DNA of 64,000 nucleotides from a virus (taxonomy: Duplodnaviria; Heunggongvirae; Uroviricota; Caudoviricetes). The stretch is from positions 64,001 to 128,000 of the IMG/VR virus record IMGVR_UViG_3300044991_001838; one strand, written 5' to 3'. Shown piece after piece: positions 36,376 through 46,996 of this stretch; position 1 is the first letter of the stretch; each line of letters starts with the position of its first letter. The notes under the pieces are model-generated. The model was not told the origin of the DNA. It ran no database searches and was given only the letters and a program-made list of their open reading frames with translations. Made by a program: the position numbers and the translations under genes.

Positions 36376-39171
36376 ATGTTTACAGACCAATACATTGAGT
36401 CGTTCCTACATGGAAACGACCCAGAAGAATTTATAGTTGCCATTGAGTACGACTATCGTGAGAACTGCATCTACAAAATTAAAGAGATTCCTGGTAAAGG
36501 AAAAGAAATCCGTAAAGATACATTTACCCCATTTGCTTGGGTAGGTGACTTACGTCAAATTAATTTTTACAAAGGTTCCAAAGCAGCTCAAAAAGAAGCC
36601 ATGACCAAACATGGTATTATGATTGAAAAATTAGAAACCCACGGTAATGAAAGATTACAAAAGGGTATGACTTTCATGGTTAAATCACTTAAAGGTTATA
36701 GAGAACTTATCCAATTCTTTAGAGAAGGCGGATGTGACCCATGGGGAGATAAAACCAAAGACAAAGTAATAATTCTACCTCCTGTAGAACAATATTTAAT
36801 ATCCAAAGAAAAAAGATTATTCAAAGGATTTGAGAATTACGAAGAAGTTACCCGAATGGTATATGACTTGGAGACGACTGCTCTTGAACCTCAAGATGGT
36901 CGTATCTTCATGATTGGAATTAAAACCAATAAAGGTTACCATAGAGTTATTGAATGTGTGGATGAATCTGAAGAGAGAAATGCCATCATTGAATTTTTCA
37001 AAGTAATTAACGAACTTAAACCAAGTATTATTGGTGGTTATAATTCTGCAAACTTTGACTGGCATTGGATATTTGAAAGATGTAAGATTTTAAATATTGA
37101 CCCAAAGAAAATTTGTAAATCATTGCATCCCGACCATTCATTTACAAGAAAAGATAGTATGTTAAAACTCGCCAATGAGGTTGAGTCTTATACTCAAACT
37201 TCTATTTGGGGTTACAATGTTATTGATATAATTCATGCTGTTCGTAGAGCGCAAGCAATTAACTCAAGTATCAAAGCTGCTGGTTTGAAATACATTACCC
37301 AATACATTAATGCGGAAGCACCTGACCGTGTGTATATTGACCATTTAAATATTGGTCCATTCTATACAAAGAAAGAAGACTTTTGGTTAAACATTCAAAA
37401 TGGTAAGTATAAAAAAGTTGGTATTGATTCTAAAATTGATGCGGTTTGTGAGAAACGAAGTGATATCTACAATAAAATAACAGGAGATAAGTTAGTTGAG
37501 ATGTATCTTGACGATGACTTAGATGAAACCCTTAAAGTTGACCAAGAGTTCAACCAAGGTTCATTCTTGTTGGCTGCAATGATTCCAACAACATATGAAA
37601 GGGTTTCAACAATGGGTACCGCAACATTGTGGAAAATGTTAATGTTAGCATGGTCTTACAAACATGGACTTGCAATCCCTGCCAAAGAATCAAAGACTGA
37701 CTTCGTAGGAGGTCTTTCTAGACTACTTAAGGTTGGTTATAGTAAGAATGTACTTAAACTGGATTTCTCGTCCCTATATCCTTCTATTCAGTTGGTACAT
37801 GATGTATTTCCTGATTGTGATGTGACGGGAGCTATGAAAGGGATGTTAAGTTATTTCCGTAATACTCGTATTAAGTACAAACAACTTGCTGAAGAATATT
37901 ATAACATTGACCGTAATAAATCTGAATCGTATGGTAATAAACAATTACCAATTAAGATTTTTATTAACTCTATGTTTGGTGCCTTGTCTGCCCCTCAGGT
38001 TTATGCTTGGGGTGATATGTACATGGGAGAACAGATTACTTGTACGGGTAGACAATATCTTCGTCAGATGATTAAATTCTTTATGACCAAAGGATATGTA
38101 CCATTGGTTATGGATACAGACGGTGTTAACTTTTCAACACCTGATGATGCAAAAGACCGAGTTTATGTTGGTCGTGGATTGAATTGGAAAGTTGAAGAGG
38201 GTAAAGAGTATTATGGACCCGAAGCTGATGTTGCGGAGTATAATGATATTTTTATGAGAGGTGAGATGGCTCTTGATACTGATGGTGTTTGGCCGTCAAC
38301 CATTAATTTGGCTCGTAAAAACTATGCGGTTATGGATGCCAAGGGTAAGATTAAATTAACAGGTAATAGTATTAAATCTAAAAAATTACCATTGTACATT
38401 GAGGCGTTTTTGGATAAAGGTATTAAAATGTTATTGGAAGGTGATGGTAAAGCATTTGTTGAATATTACTACGAGTATCTTCAAACCATTTATGATAAAA
38501 AAATTCCATTGTCTAAAATTGCACAAAGAGCTAGAGTTAAGTTAAGTCTTGATGATTATAAAAAAAGGTTAACAACAAAAACTAAAGCAGGTAATAGTAT
38601 GAGTAGAATGGCTCATATGGAATTGGCATTACAAAATAGTCTAAATGTAAGTTTAGGTGATGTTATTATGTATGTTAATAATGGAACCAAATCATCACAA
38701 GGAGATGTGCAAAAGATGACGGTAAAACAAATCAAAGATGCAAACGCTTTTAACTTGTTTAATGACCCGAAATCAAAATCAATCAGTGATGGTGTAATGA
38801 TTAATTGTTATATGTTAGATAAAGACATTTTAGATAATAATCCTGATTTGACAGGCGACTATAATGTACCACGAGCAGTTGCAACATTCAATAAAAAACT
38901 TCAACCTTTAATGGTTGTTTTTAAAGATGAAGTTAGAAATGGGTTAATTGTTAATACCCCTGAGGAAAGAGGTATTTTTACAACGGCACAATGTGAATTA
39001 ATCAATGGTTATCCATTAGGTAATGGGGACCAAGATAGTTTGGAAGAAGTTATGACATTATCAGATGGTGAATTATCTTATTGGGAAAAAAGAGGTCTTA
39101 ATTCTGATTATATGTATGAAATGGCAGAAGAAAATTGGGAAGAAAAATTAGGATTGCTTCAAACCGTCTGA
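36376..39171 (+). CDS. Family B DNA polymerase
   Basis: Exo motifs YDLET, GYNSANFD, YLDDD; Pol motifs DFSSLYPS, KIFINSMFG, MDTDG. Confidence 0.95.
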   Translation: MFTDQYIESFLHGNDPEEFIVAIEYDYRENCIYKIKEIPGKGKEIRKDTFTPFAWVGDLRQINFYKGSKAAQKEAMTKHGIMIEKLETHGNERLQKGMTFMVKSLKGYRELIQFFREGGCDPWGDKTKDKVIILPPVEQYLISKEKRLFKGFENYEEVTRMVYDLETTALEPQDGRIFMIGIKTNKGYHRVIECVDESEERNAIIEFFKVINELKPSIIGGYNSANFDWHWIFERCKILNIDPKKICKSLHPDHSFTRKDSMLKLANEVESYTQTSIWGYNVIDIIHAVRRAQAINSSIKAAGLKYITQYINAEAPDRVYIDHLNIGPFYTKKEDFWLNIQNGKYKKVGIDSKIDAVCEKRSDIYNKITGDKLVEMYLDDDLDETLKVDQEFNQGSFLLAAMIPTTYERVSTMGTATLWKMLMLAWSYKHGLAIPAKESKTDFVGGLSRLLKVGYSKNVLKLDFSSLYPSIQLVHDVFPDCDVTGAMKGMLSYFRNTRIKYKQLAEEYYNIDRNKSESYGNKQLPIKIFINSMFGALSAPQVYAWGDMYMGEQITCTGRQYLRQMIKFFMTKGYVPLVMDTDGVNFSTPDDAKDRVYVGRGLNWKVEEGKEYYGPEADVAEYNDIFMRGEMALDTDGVWPSTINLARKNYAVMDAKGKIKLTGNSIKSKKLPLYIEAFLDKGIKMLLEGDGKAFVEYYYEYLQTIYDKKIPLSKIAQRARVKLSLDDYKKRLTTKTKAGNSMSRMAHMELALQNSLNVSLGDVIMYVNNGTKSSQGDVQKMTVKQIKDANAFNLFNDPKSKSISDGVMINCYMLDKDILDNNPDLTGDYNVPRAVATFNKKLQPLMVVFKDEVRNGLIVNTPEERGIFTTAQCELINGYPLGNGDQDSLEEVMTLSDGELSYWEKRGLNSDYMYEMAEENWEEKLGLLQTV

Positions 39172-39483
39172 ACTTAAAATATACCAATTACCACCAACAA
39201 ACCTAAATTCAATACAAGCATATCTTTCTGCGACTACTTCATCATAGTCCTCATCAATTTTACCGGTGTCAGGTATGATTGTAAGTCTTGTCATTGATTT
39301 TACTACAACATGGTCTGTTGTTTTTGAGTCTAAAATAACTGTTGAGTCGGAAACTCCCCTAACAACTATACAAGATTCACCATTGGTTTGGTAATTTGTT
39401 TCAGAAACTATTGAGATTTCTGATGTGTCTATAACTAAACCATTAATGATTTTTCTTGAGGGTATTGTTTTTATAATTGCCAT
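39148..39483 (-). CDS. Hypothetical (probable structural) protein
   Basis: 111 aa ORF following neck gene. Confidence 0.6.
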   Translation of the reverse strand: MAIIKTIPSRKIINGLVIDTSEISIVSETNYQTNGESCIVVRGVSDSTVILDSKTTDHVVVKSMTRLTIIPDTGKIDEDYDEVVAERYACIEFRFVGGNWYILSSDGLKQS

Positions 39484-39487
39484 AAAT

Positions 39488-40612
39488 TTAAATTACATAT
39501 ATTTGACGAGGCATTGCTCTAAACTTCATTTGTTTGTTTAAGTTTTCTGCTATTAACGCTTCTCTTTCCATTACTTTATCGGGTCTCATTCTTGTTAACC
39601 ATCCTTCAGCCCCTGTTAATTCTTCTATTAATTTAGATTTTTCATCTTTGGCCTCGGTTAGTAAACTTTGGTAATCCATTACAATTTCAGAATCAGGTGT
39701 CTTTAAGTTCCCACTATATTTACCTCTAACTCTCGCCAAAGTTTCTTTACAATATGCTGTAAACCATCTTCTCACCCATTGTTGACCAGGGACATTTAAG
39801 TCTTCCCAAGATAATTCTTCAATAGGTACATCTGTTGGTAATTTAATAATATCAGGATTATTTTTTAAACAATCGGCTCTACTATCAGGTTCAACATCAT
39901 AGTACCAATACCATACGGCTTTACCCACGTATTGACTATAACTTGACCAATTAAATTTACCACCAGGGGTATTCATTAAGTGAATTAACTTTTTACCATC
40001 AGGTAATCCTGTTATTCTATATGTCATTGAACCACCTAATATTCTATTAAGAATATTTGCTTCTTGCATTCTAATTAAATAATCAAAACCTGACATCATA
40101 AAATAAGAACCTTGATTACCCATTTGAGCAAATCCTGCTTGGTCGGCACCTAAACCGATACCACCAAAACCACCACCCATACCACCTATTCCAAAGGCGG
40201 TCCAAGGTTGGTCACTAAACCATAGTAATTCGTTAACCTCTCTACCTGCGGGAATTTCGTATGTTTGAACATTCTTTTCAAGAACAAAATAATCTTTCTT
40301 TAAAACCCAAGGACCTTCAGTTTGAAGACCAACAATTTTAGAATAAGCATAACTGAACTGTTGTTCAAAATCCATAGTTCTTGTGACTAAGGCTCTTGCA
40401 ACTGACCTTTCGTTCATGTTTAAATTCACAAGATTAACCCATTGTGAATCAATTAACCATTGAAGAATATACTCTTCGTAATCCCCAAGGGCTAACTCCA
40501 TTAATGAATCCATCATCTCATCTTCAAGTTCAACACTTCTTAGTGGTGCACCTAACTGATGTTTAATTCTTGTATAAATTTTACTTCTTTCTGGTTCCGG
40601 TATTACTGCCAT
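39488..40612 (-). CDS. Neck/head-tail adaptor protein (T4 gp13-like)
   Basis: RIKHQLGAPLRSVEL start, ARVRGKYSG..TP C-terminal pattern; TATTTAT upstream. Confidence 0.6.
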   Translation of the reverse strand: MAVIPEPERSKIYTRIKHQLGAPLRSVELEDEMMDSLMELALGDYEEYILQWLIDSQWVNLVNLNMNERSVARALVTRTMDFEQQFSYAYSKIVGLQTEGPWVLKKDYFVLEKNVQTYEIPAGREVNELLWFSDQPWTAFGIGGMGGGFGGIGLGADQAGFAQMGNQGSYFMMSGFDYLIRMQEANILNRILGGSMTYRITGLPDGKKLIHLMNTPGGKFNWSSYSQYVGKAVWYWYYDVEPDSRADCLKNNPDIIKLPTDVPIEELSWEDLNVPGQQWVRRWFTAYCKETLARVRGKYSGNLKTPDSEIVMDYQSLLTEAKDEKSKLIEELTGAEGWLTRMRPDKVMEREALIAENLNKQMKFRAMPRQIYVI

Positions 40613-40629
40613 GTCAATAAATATATTAG

Positions 40630-42168
40630 TTATTCTATTTCGTGAATTAATGATGAATCATTAAACACATATTGGTTATGGTTTTTTATTGGTTTATTAT
40701 CAAAAATCAAAATTTTATTTGTTTTTGTATTAATAAATATCATCCAATCTACACTATATGGTTGAACATTACCAGTATCTTTAACCGTAATTGTGTTGTT
40801 TTCTTTTGTGATTGAGGAATATGGTTTAACTTGTGTTCTATATCTTTTACCATTTAAAGTGATTGCCAAATCTTCCCCTTTAAATGCGTCTATTTTTTGA
40901 CCATGACCCCCAAGTTTTTCAAGTTTTGCAGAATCTCCAAAATATTTTTGGAATTTATCTAATACCTCATCTTCAGACTTTTGTCCTCTATCCCATAGTT
41001 TTTTTAATACTTTGATGATATTAATAAATTCTTCGTTATTTTTTGTGAATATTTTTGTTTTAAAATGATTTAACGCTTTAACCAATCGGTTAATTTCTGT
41101 AATTGTTCTGTTTTCTTTTTTAGAAAAATCAAATTTCTTTTCGGGTTTACCTAATTTCTCAATTTGAATATTGATTGCTCGGGTTAACAAACAAAATGTG
41201 TTGAAGTTTGTGTTTAAATTATTAAGGATTGACCTTCCTTCTTTAGACTCTAATCCGTAAAACCCTGACATTTCTTTATCAGTACTCTCAACCCAAAATT
41301 GATGGAATACTTGTTTTAGTGAGTCAGTTACTCCGTCTTGATAAATTTTCTTAATTTTTGTATTGTTGATAAGTTCTCTGTAGAATTGAACTTCTTTGGC
41401 ATCACAGAATTTTGCCTCTTTAGATTCGGTTATTAATTTCTCAAGTTTAACAGATTCCATTAGTTTTGTTTCTGTTTTCATTTCATATAATTTAGAAACA
41501 AAATCCCAATTTACAACTTTCCAAAAGTTTACAATATATTCATCTCTTTTGTTTCTATACTTTAGATAATAAGCGTGTTCCCATAGGTCTAACCCTAAAA
41601 GTGGAAATCCACCACCTTCAATAACATTCATTAAAGGATTATCTTGATTTGGAGTTGACATAATCTTTAATGTGTTTTTAGCTGTGAGTACTAACCATAC
41701 CCAACCTGAACCGAATCTATCTTTAGCAACAGTATCAAATTGTTTTTTGAAAGAGATAAAACTTCCAAATTGTTTTGTTATTTTTTTTAAAAGTTCCCCT
41801 TCTAATTTCTTAGGGGTCGGGGTTAACATGTTCCAAAATAATGCGTGGTTAAAGGCTCCACCGGCATTATTTCTAATTGTTTTATCAAAACGACCTATTG
41901 TTTTAATAATTTGTTCTAACTCTAAGTCCCCGTATTTTTTCTTGGATAAAGCATCGTTTAGTTTATCTACATACCCTTTGTAATGTTTGTTGTAGTGGAA
42001 GTTCATTGTTTCGGGGTCAATAAACTGTTTGAGGGCTGAATAGGAGTATGGTAATTTTTCTATTCCTATTTTTTTCATTTCGGTAATCAATAACTCTTTT
42101 TCTTTGGTGATGTGGTTTTCAAGTATTTGTGTTTCGAGTTGTTGAATTTTCTCTTCTATTTTTTTCAT
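40630..42168 (-). CDS. sodA: Mn-type superoxide dismutase fused to an unknown C-terminal domain of about 280 aa
   Basis: LPYSYSAL, HYNKH, NNAGGAFNH, GSGW, STPNQD, DLWEHAYY; all four metal ligands present. Confidence 0.88.
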   Translation of the reverse strand: MKKIEEKIQQLETQILENHITKEKELLITEMKKIGIEKLPYSYSALKQFIDPETMNFHYNKHYKGYVDKLNDALSKKKYGDLELEQIIKTIGRFDKTIRNNAGGAFNHALFWNMLTPTPKKLEGELLKKITKQFGSFISFKKQFDTVAKDRFGSGWVWLVLTAKNTLKIMSTPNQDNPLMNVIEGGGFPLLGLDLWEHAYYLKYRNKRDEYIVNFWKVVNWDFVSKLYEMKTETKLMESVKLEKLITESKEAKFCDAKEVQFYRELINNTKIKKIYQDGVTDSLKQVFHQFWVESTDKEMSGFYGLESKEGRSILNNLNTNFNTFCLLTRAINIQIEKLGKPEKKFDFSKKENRTITEINRLVKALNHFKTKIFTKNNEEFINIIKVLKKLWDRGQKSEDEVLDKFQKYFGDSAKLEKLGGHGQKIDAFKGEDLAITLNGKRYRTQVKPYSSITKENNTITVKDTGNVQPYSVDWMIFINTKTNKILIFDNKPIKNHNQYVFNDSSLIHEIE

Positions 42169-42210
42169 ATAATTAGATTATTCATTACATATAAATAATC
42201 CAGTTTTTAT

Positions 42211-43965
42211 TTAATTACGCATTTGGTTAATTCGTTTCAAAATTTCTTCGGCAGCATCTGCGGTATTTTGATTATCACCCATCACAGTTGCAATGACTTG
42301 TTTCTTGTTATTGAGTATGTCATAGATAATTCCTTCAATTGTATTTTCAAATATTGGGTAATAAACTAATACATTATTTTTTTGACCGTATCTATAACTT
42401 CTATCTTCAGCTTGAGCGTGGTCTGAAGGAAGAAACGATAAATCATTAAAGATTACCGCTTCGGCGGCGGTTAATGTAATACCAACACCAGCAGCTTTAA
42501 TATTACCCACAAATACTTTTATTTTATCATTCTCTTGGAATTGGTCAACACTATATTGTTTTTCTGTTTTAGACATTGTCCCATTAAGTTTAACAGCCAT
42601 TTTTCCAAAATGTTCTGTTATTTTTTCTAATGAATCAGTAAAATTACAGAAGATAATAACTTTTTTACCTTGTTCAATAATGTTCTCGGCAAGTTCTATT
42701 GTTTGGGTGATTTTTTCATCAGCAATAACTTGTCGTATTTTTGTTAATTTAGTAAATTGAACCGTAAGTGATTTTGACTCTTCGGGGTTTTTATCATACC
42801 AATCATAATACTCACCCATAATTGCTTCATACATTTTAGATTTTAACCTAAGATATACAGGTGTGATAATTTTGTCGGGAAGGTTAAGGACATTTTCTTT
42901 GAGTCGTCTTAATGTAAGACCCGCAGTTCGGTCTCTTAATTCTTCAAGATTGGATGCTCCTGTTACATTCCATATTTTTCTACCGCCAGCATTAAATTGA
43001 TAACCTTGACAATATCTAATAGCGTATGCCATCCAATTCTTTGCAACGGGGGAATCAACTAAACTTAATAGATTAAAATAATCCATTGGTCTTGATGTCA
43101 TTGGGGTACCTGTTAATAACCAAAGTCGGTCTACTTTTTTAACAAGGTCATTGATTAATTTTGTTCTTTGGGCGGTGGCGTTTTTAATGTAGTGGGCTTC
43201 ATCAACAATTACTAAATCAAAATTAGAATCAAGAATTTGGGAGTTTTCTTTCTTTTTTGTGGTGTGAAAGTTTTTAATAATATCGTAATTAATAATGACA
43301 AAATCCGCATCACCATTAAAATTTTTACCTTCTGAGATGTAGATAGATTTATCTGAATAATTTTCTATCTCTCTTTTCCAGTTAATCTTTAAAGTTGCGG
43401 GACAAATAATTAAAACTTTTTTAGAACCTGATTCTAATGCGGCAATGATTGTTGAGGTTGTTTTACCCAATCCCATATCATCGGCAAGAATAAACTTTTT
43501 GTTTTCTACTAATTTTTGGATTGATTCTTTTTGATGGTCAAGTGGTGGACGGTGAGAATATTTGTCGTAATTTATAACAACATTTTTTACCGTATTATCT
43601 TTAATGATTGCCGCTTTTGGTAACCAAAAATCATGAAATTCTTGTGTCTCTGTTATTCTACCCCAAATGTGAAACGCTTTTTCTTTGTCTGCCAATAACT
43701 TTTCAACCCACACCCTTTCAGGTATTTCAGTCATAAGTTTATCATCCGCCAATTTTTGTGCAAAATAGGCATCAAGTATTACCCATTTTTTTGCAACCTT
43801 TGGTTGTTTGTCATGGTTATTAATTATGTATTCTGCCTGACTTCTTGTTGGATAAAATCTTCTATTTATTTGAGATTTTCTTTTAAGTTCAATAAGATAA
43901 TTATTTCCCCCTTCGTAAGTCTCCAATAAGGTCATCGCCTTAGACTCTAAACTTGCTTCACTCAT
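42211..43965 (-). CDS. SNF2/SWI2-family (HARP-like) helicase
   Basis: LADDMGLGKT, DEAH, LTGTP, QAEDRSYRYGQ. Confidence 0.9.
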   Translation of the reverse strand: MSEASLESKAMTLLETYEGGNNYLIELKRKSQINRRFYPTRSQAEYIINNHDKQPKVAKKWVILDAYFAQKLADDKLMTEIPERVWVEKLLADKEKAFHIWGRITETQEFHDFWLPKAAIIKDNTVKNVVINYDKYSHRPPLDHQKESIQKLVENKKFILADDMGLGKTTSTIIAALESGSKKVLIICPATLKINWKREIENYSDKSIYISEGKNFNGDADFVIINYDIIKNFHTTKKKENSQILDSNFDLVIVDEAHYIKNATAQRTKLINDLVKKVDRLWLLTGTPMTSRPMDYFNLLSLVDSPVAKNWMAYAIRYCQGYQFNAGGRKIWNVTGASNLEELRDRTAGLTLRRLKENVLNLPDKIITPVYLRLKSKMYEAIMGEYYDWYDKNPEESKSLTVQFTKLTKIRQVIADEKITQTIELAENIIEQGKKVIIFCNFTDSLEKITEHFGKMAVKLNGTMSKTEKQYSVDQFQENDKIKVFVGNIKAAGVGITLTAAEAVIFNDLSFLPSDHAQAEDRSYRYGQKNNVLVYYPIFENTIEGIIYDILNNKKQVIATVMGDNQNTADAAEEILKRINQMRN

Positions 43966-44358
43966 TTAAGTAACATTAGTATGTGTCCTACCGTCGCTCC
44001 AATAACTCATATCACCATAATATGTGAAAATTTCTTCGTTAGGATTTATTTCTTTTATTGCGTAAAATTCAAAAGTGTTGTTTTCCAAATTTGACCTCCA
44101 ACTTGAATTTGGGTTATCACTATGATTATACAACATTCCATAACCTGTAGGTATAACTTGTGATGTCCAATCATTTCCTTGAGGCCAATTATATCGGTAA
44201 TCAATTAATATGTGACTAACTTCTTTATTCAACCCCATATCAATTACAGGACATATTTCAATGATTTCTCCTTCGTAAATTATTTCATTTGCGAATACTC
44301 CTAACCCATGTATTGTGCTATGAGCGATGTAAATTTTATGTGGTGTTGGTATTTTCAT
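43966..44358 (-). CDS. SET-domain protein (lysine methyltransferase)
   Basis: HGLGVFA, YNHSDNPN, EEIFTYYG. Confidence 0.85.
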   Translation of the reverse strand: MKIPTPHKIYIAHSTIHGLGVFANEIIYEGEIIEICPVIDMGLNKEVSHILIDYRYNWPQGNDWTSQVIPTGYGMLYNHSDNPNSSWRSNLENNTFEFYAIKEINPNEEIFTYYGDMSYWSDGRTHTNVT

Positions 44359-44404
44359 AAAAGATTACCTTAAATATAAGTAATTATAATGTATTTATCA
44401 ATAT

Positions 44405-44725
44405 ATGAGTATGAATCAAAAACAATTAGAAAAGTTGATAGGTAAAATGATGAATGTCATTAAACCTAATGGTGTATCTGATATGGGTTTTAATTTAGAA
44501 CCAATGGAAACTTATGAGGATGAATACTACATGAGGGTCACATATATTGTCCCTGATGGAAGTGAATTTTTAAGAAGAGACAACATGAAAAAAACTGATG
44601 TTTATAGAGACCAATGGAATCGTGAAATTAAAAATACCATTAAAAATTATTTTAATGTTAATGTTGTTATTAGTTCATCGTCTATTGAATCTGAATCATA
44701 TCATAATAGATTAAAACAACATTAA
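44405..44725 (+). CDS. Hypothetical protein
   Basis: 106 aa ORF after TATTTAT. Confidence 0.6.
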   Translation: MSMNQKQLEKLIGKMMNVIKPNGVSDMGFNLEPMETYEDEYYMRVTYIVPDGSEFLRRDNMKKTDVYRDQWNREIKNTIKNYFNVNVVISSSSIESESYHNRLKQH

Positions 44726-44726
44726 T

Positions 44727-45239
44727 ATGCAGAAATTAGTTCCAATAACAAGATTAGGTAAATTCTTCGGAGGAGAAGATTACACCCTAGACATAGGTAT
44801 GGGTGAAGAATGGTTATTGGGTGATATGAACTTCACAGTAGTTCTTTATCGTGTTGATAAATATAAGACAAAAACTGACGATGTCTACGGTGAGGTAACC
44901 GAAGATGGAATACAATTTATGGTACCTATTGAGTTAAAAGGTTTGGTTCAGGTAATGGCCCCTGCCCATAAATTTTTAGGTAATTCTAAAGTGGAACAAC
45001 AAGAACCTGGTAATATGAAGTTTTCTATTTATCAAAAAACTTTAGATGAGTTAGGTGTTGAAATATTCCTAGGGGATTATATTGGATATAATGAAACTGA
45101 AGATAGAATTAGATATTATGTGGTGAGTGATGATGGATATGTTAAGTCAGACAATAAACATACTTATGGTGGTTATAAACCATTTTATAGAAGTATTATG
45201 GCCACTTACGTAAGTGAAAACGAATTTAGAGGGATATAA
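44727..45239 (+). CDS. Head closure/neck protein (gp14-like)
   Basis: DDVYGE, FSIYQKTLDELG..IFLGDYI; position near tail genes. Confidence 0.5.
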   Translation: MQKLVPITRLGKFFGGEDYTLDIGMGEEWLLGDMNFTVVLYRVDKYKTKTDDVYGEVTEDGIQFMVPIELKGLVQVMAPAHKFLGNSKVEQQEPGNMKFSIYQKTLDELGVEIFLGDYIGYNETEDRIRYYVVSDDGYVKSDNKHTYGGYKPFYRSIMATYVSENEFRGI

Positions 45240-45544
45240 TGAAATACATAATAACTGAAAATAGGTTAAATTCGATTATTGAAAATTGGTTAAATGAAAA
45301 CTATAGTGATTTAGAAAGATATCATCGTACTGAATTTAGGGAAATTTATTTATCTAAAAATGGAAGGTTTAAATTCATGTATAATTTAAGAACAAAACGA
45401 TTATATGTTGTTAATGAAGTTTGGAGTTTTATTACAAATATGTTTGGTTTAGATTATGACGAGACGGAAAAAATTCTATTAAATTGGTGTAGTAATAAAT
45501 TTGGGTTTAGGATAAAAAACCTTGTTAAGGTAGATGAAATATGA
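45239..45544 (+). CDS. Hypothetical protein
   Basis: MKYIITE leader. Confidence 0.6.
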   Translation: MKYIITENRLNSIIENWLNENYSDLERYHRTEFREIYLSKNGRFKFMYNLRTKRLYVVNEVWSFITNMFGLDYDETEKILLNWCSNKFGFRIKNLVKVDEI

Positions 45545-45954
45545 AAATATTAGTAACCGAATCTCAATTTGATTCCATCTTTATAGGTAAAAAAGTTATG
45601 GTGTATTATAATTTACACAAACATACTTTTTCAGTTACATACGATAGTAAGGTAATATTACATTCAGACTATGTTAAGTTAGGGGATGTTGAATTTAGAG
45701 TTAGACCTGGTGGTAAGGATAGGGTTAGAAAAGAAAAAAGTAAAAATGTTCATGCTTTTGTTATTGGTACATTACTTGATTATTGTGAGTATCCATGTGA
45801 TGATATTCCAAATCCACCATCAGATATGATTGTCACCTATGACCCATACAAGTTTAACACATTTGTGTATAAAAATACTGAAGAACCTGTATATCAAGCA
45901 AAAGAAGTTGACATGATAAATTCAAAAAATAAACTATTTGTAGTTAAAAAATAA
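45541..45954 (+). CDS. Hypothetical phage protein
   Basis: MKILVTE leader; VYYNLHK...KNVHAFVIG. Confidence 0.65.
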   Translation: MKILVTESQFDSIFIGKKVMVYYNLHKHTFSVTYDSKVILHSDYVKLGDVEFRVRPGGKDRVRKEKSKNVHAFVIGTLLDYCEYPCDDIPNPPSDMIVTYDPYKFNTFVYKNTEEPVYQAKEVDMINSKNKLFVVKK

Positions 45955-45955
45955 T

Positions 45956-46996
45956 ATGCCATTACCAAAAAAAGTTATACCAACACTACCATTAGTCCCT
46001 AAAAAGACATTGTCTGCTCGTAGAGAACAATTGTTAGAATATATTAATGAAGATGGAACTTATTTACCTAAGTCAGTTTTACATGCAGATTTAGATAGAG
46101 GAATGTTAGATTTTGTTAAAGATGATTTACAAGTTATCACAGCAGGAAAAATTGTACCAATGGTGGATATCATTATTACAACTCAGAATTGGAGTCAATA
46201 TGTTGAGACAGCATTATTTGTTGATTTAGATTATAACCCTTCACCACCTTTCATTACCGTAGTTAGAAGTCCTGAAGTAAAATTTGGAACTAATCCCGCA
46301 CTTCAATATACAATCCCAAATAGAAAACAATTCTATTACGCCTCAGTACCAACTTGGAATGGTAATGAACAAGGTATGGACATTTACACAATACCACAAC
46401 CTGTTCCTGTTGATATTAATTATAGTGTGAAAATTATTTGTAACCGAATGAGAGAGTTAAACGAACTCAACAAAGTTATAATGCAAAAGTTTTCATCAAG
46501 ACAGGCTTATACATTTATAAAAGGTCAATATGTTCCAATCATACTAAATAATATTTCTGATGAATCTCAAATGAGTATTGAATCAAGAAAATATTATGTT
46601 CAAAATTATGATTTTACTATGTTAGGTTATTTAATTGACGAAGATGAATTTGAAGTTAAACCGGCAATTGCGAGAGTTGCTTTATTAACAGAACTTGAAA
46701 CTTCATCGTTTGGTAAGAGAAGAAAAAAATCTCCTGAAAACCCTGATGAATTTTTATCTAATTTTTATTATATGGTAGGTAATGATACTTTAAGTGATGT
46801 TGTTGCTTACACTGCAAATTTAACTTGGGCAAATTCAACTAATGTAAATTCTTATGATGTTTATATTAATGGAGACTATTATGGGACTGATGTACAAAAA
46901 ATTCAAATAACTACTAACGATATATTATCAATCACCGTAGTGAAACAAAATAACTTATTAGAATCAAACATTAAGTTTGATAATATCTTAGTTTAA
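45956..46996 (+). CDS. Tail terminator/sheath stabiliser (gp15-like)
   Basis: PVPVDINYSVKI...ELNKVIMQKF; directly upstream of sheath. Confidence 0.55.
   Translation: MPLPKKVIPTLPLVPKKTLSARREQLLEYINEDGTYLPKSVLHADLDRGMLDFVKDDLQVITAGKIVPMVDIIITTQNWSQYVETALFVDLDYNPSPPFITVVRSPEVKFGTNPALQYTIPNRKQFYYASVPTWNGNEQGMDIYTIPQPVPVDINYSVKIICNRMRELNELNKVIMQKFSSRQAYTFIKGQYVPIILNNISDESQMSIESRKYYVQNYDFTMLGYLIDEDEFEVKPAIARVALLTELETSSFGKRRKKSPENPDEFLSNFYYMVGNDTLSDVVAYTANLTWANSTNVNSYDVYINGDYYGTDVQKIQITTNDILSITVVKQNNLLESNIKFDNILV

Noticed and set aside
36376-39171. Intein or intron in DNA polymerase
   Set aside because: Length of 931 aa and continuous motifs leave no room; no splice-junction or LAGLIDADG motifs seen.
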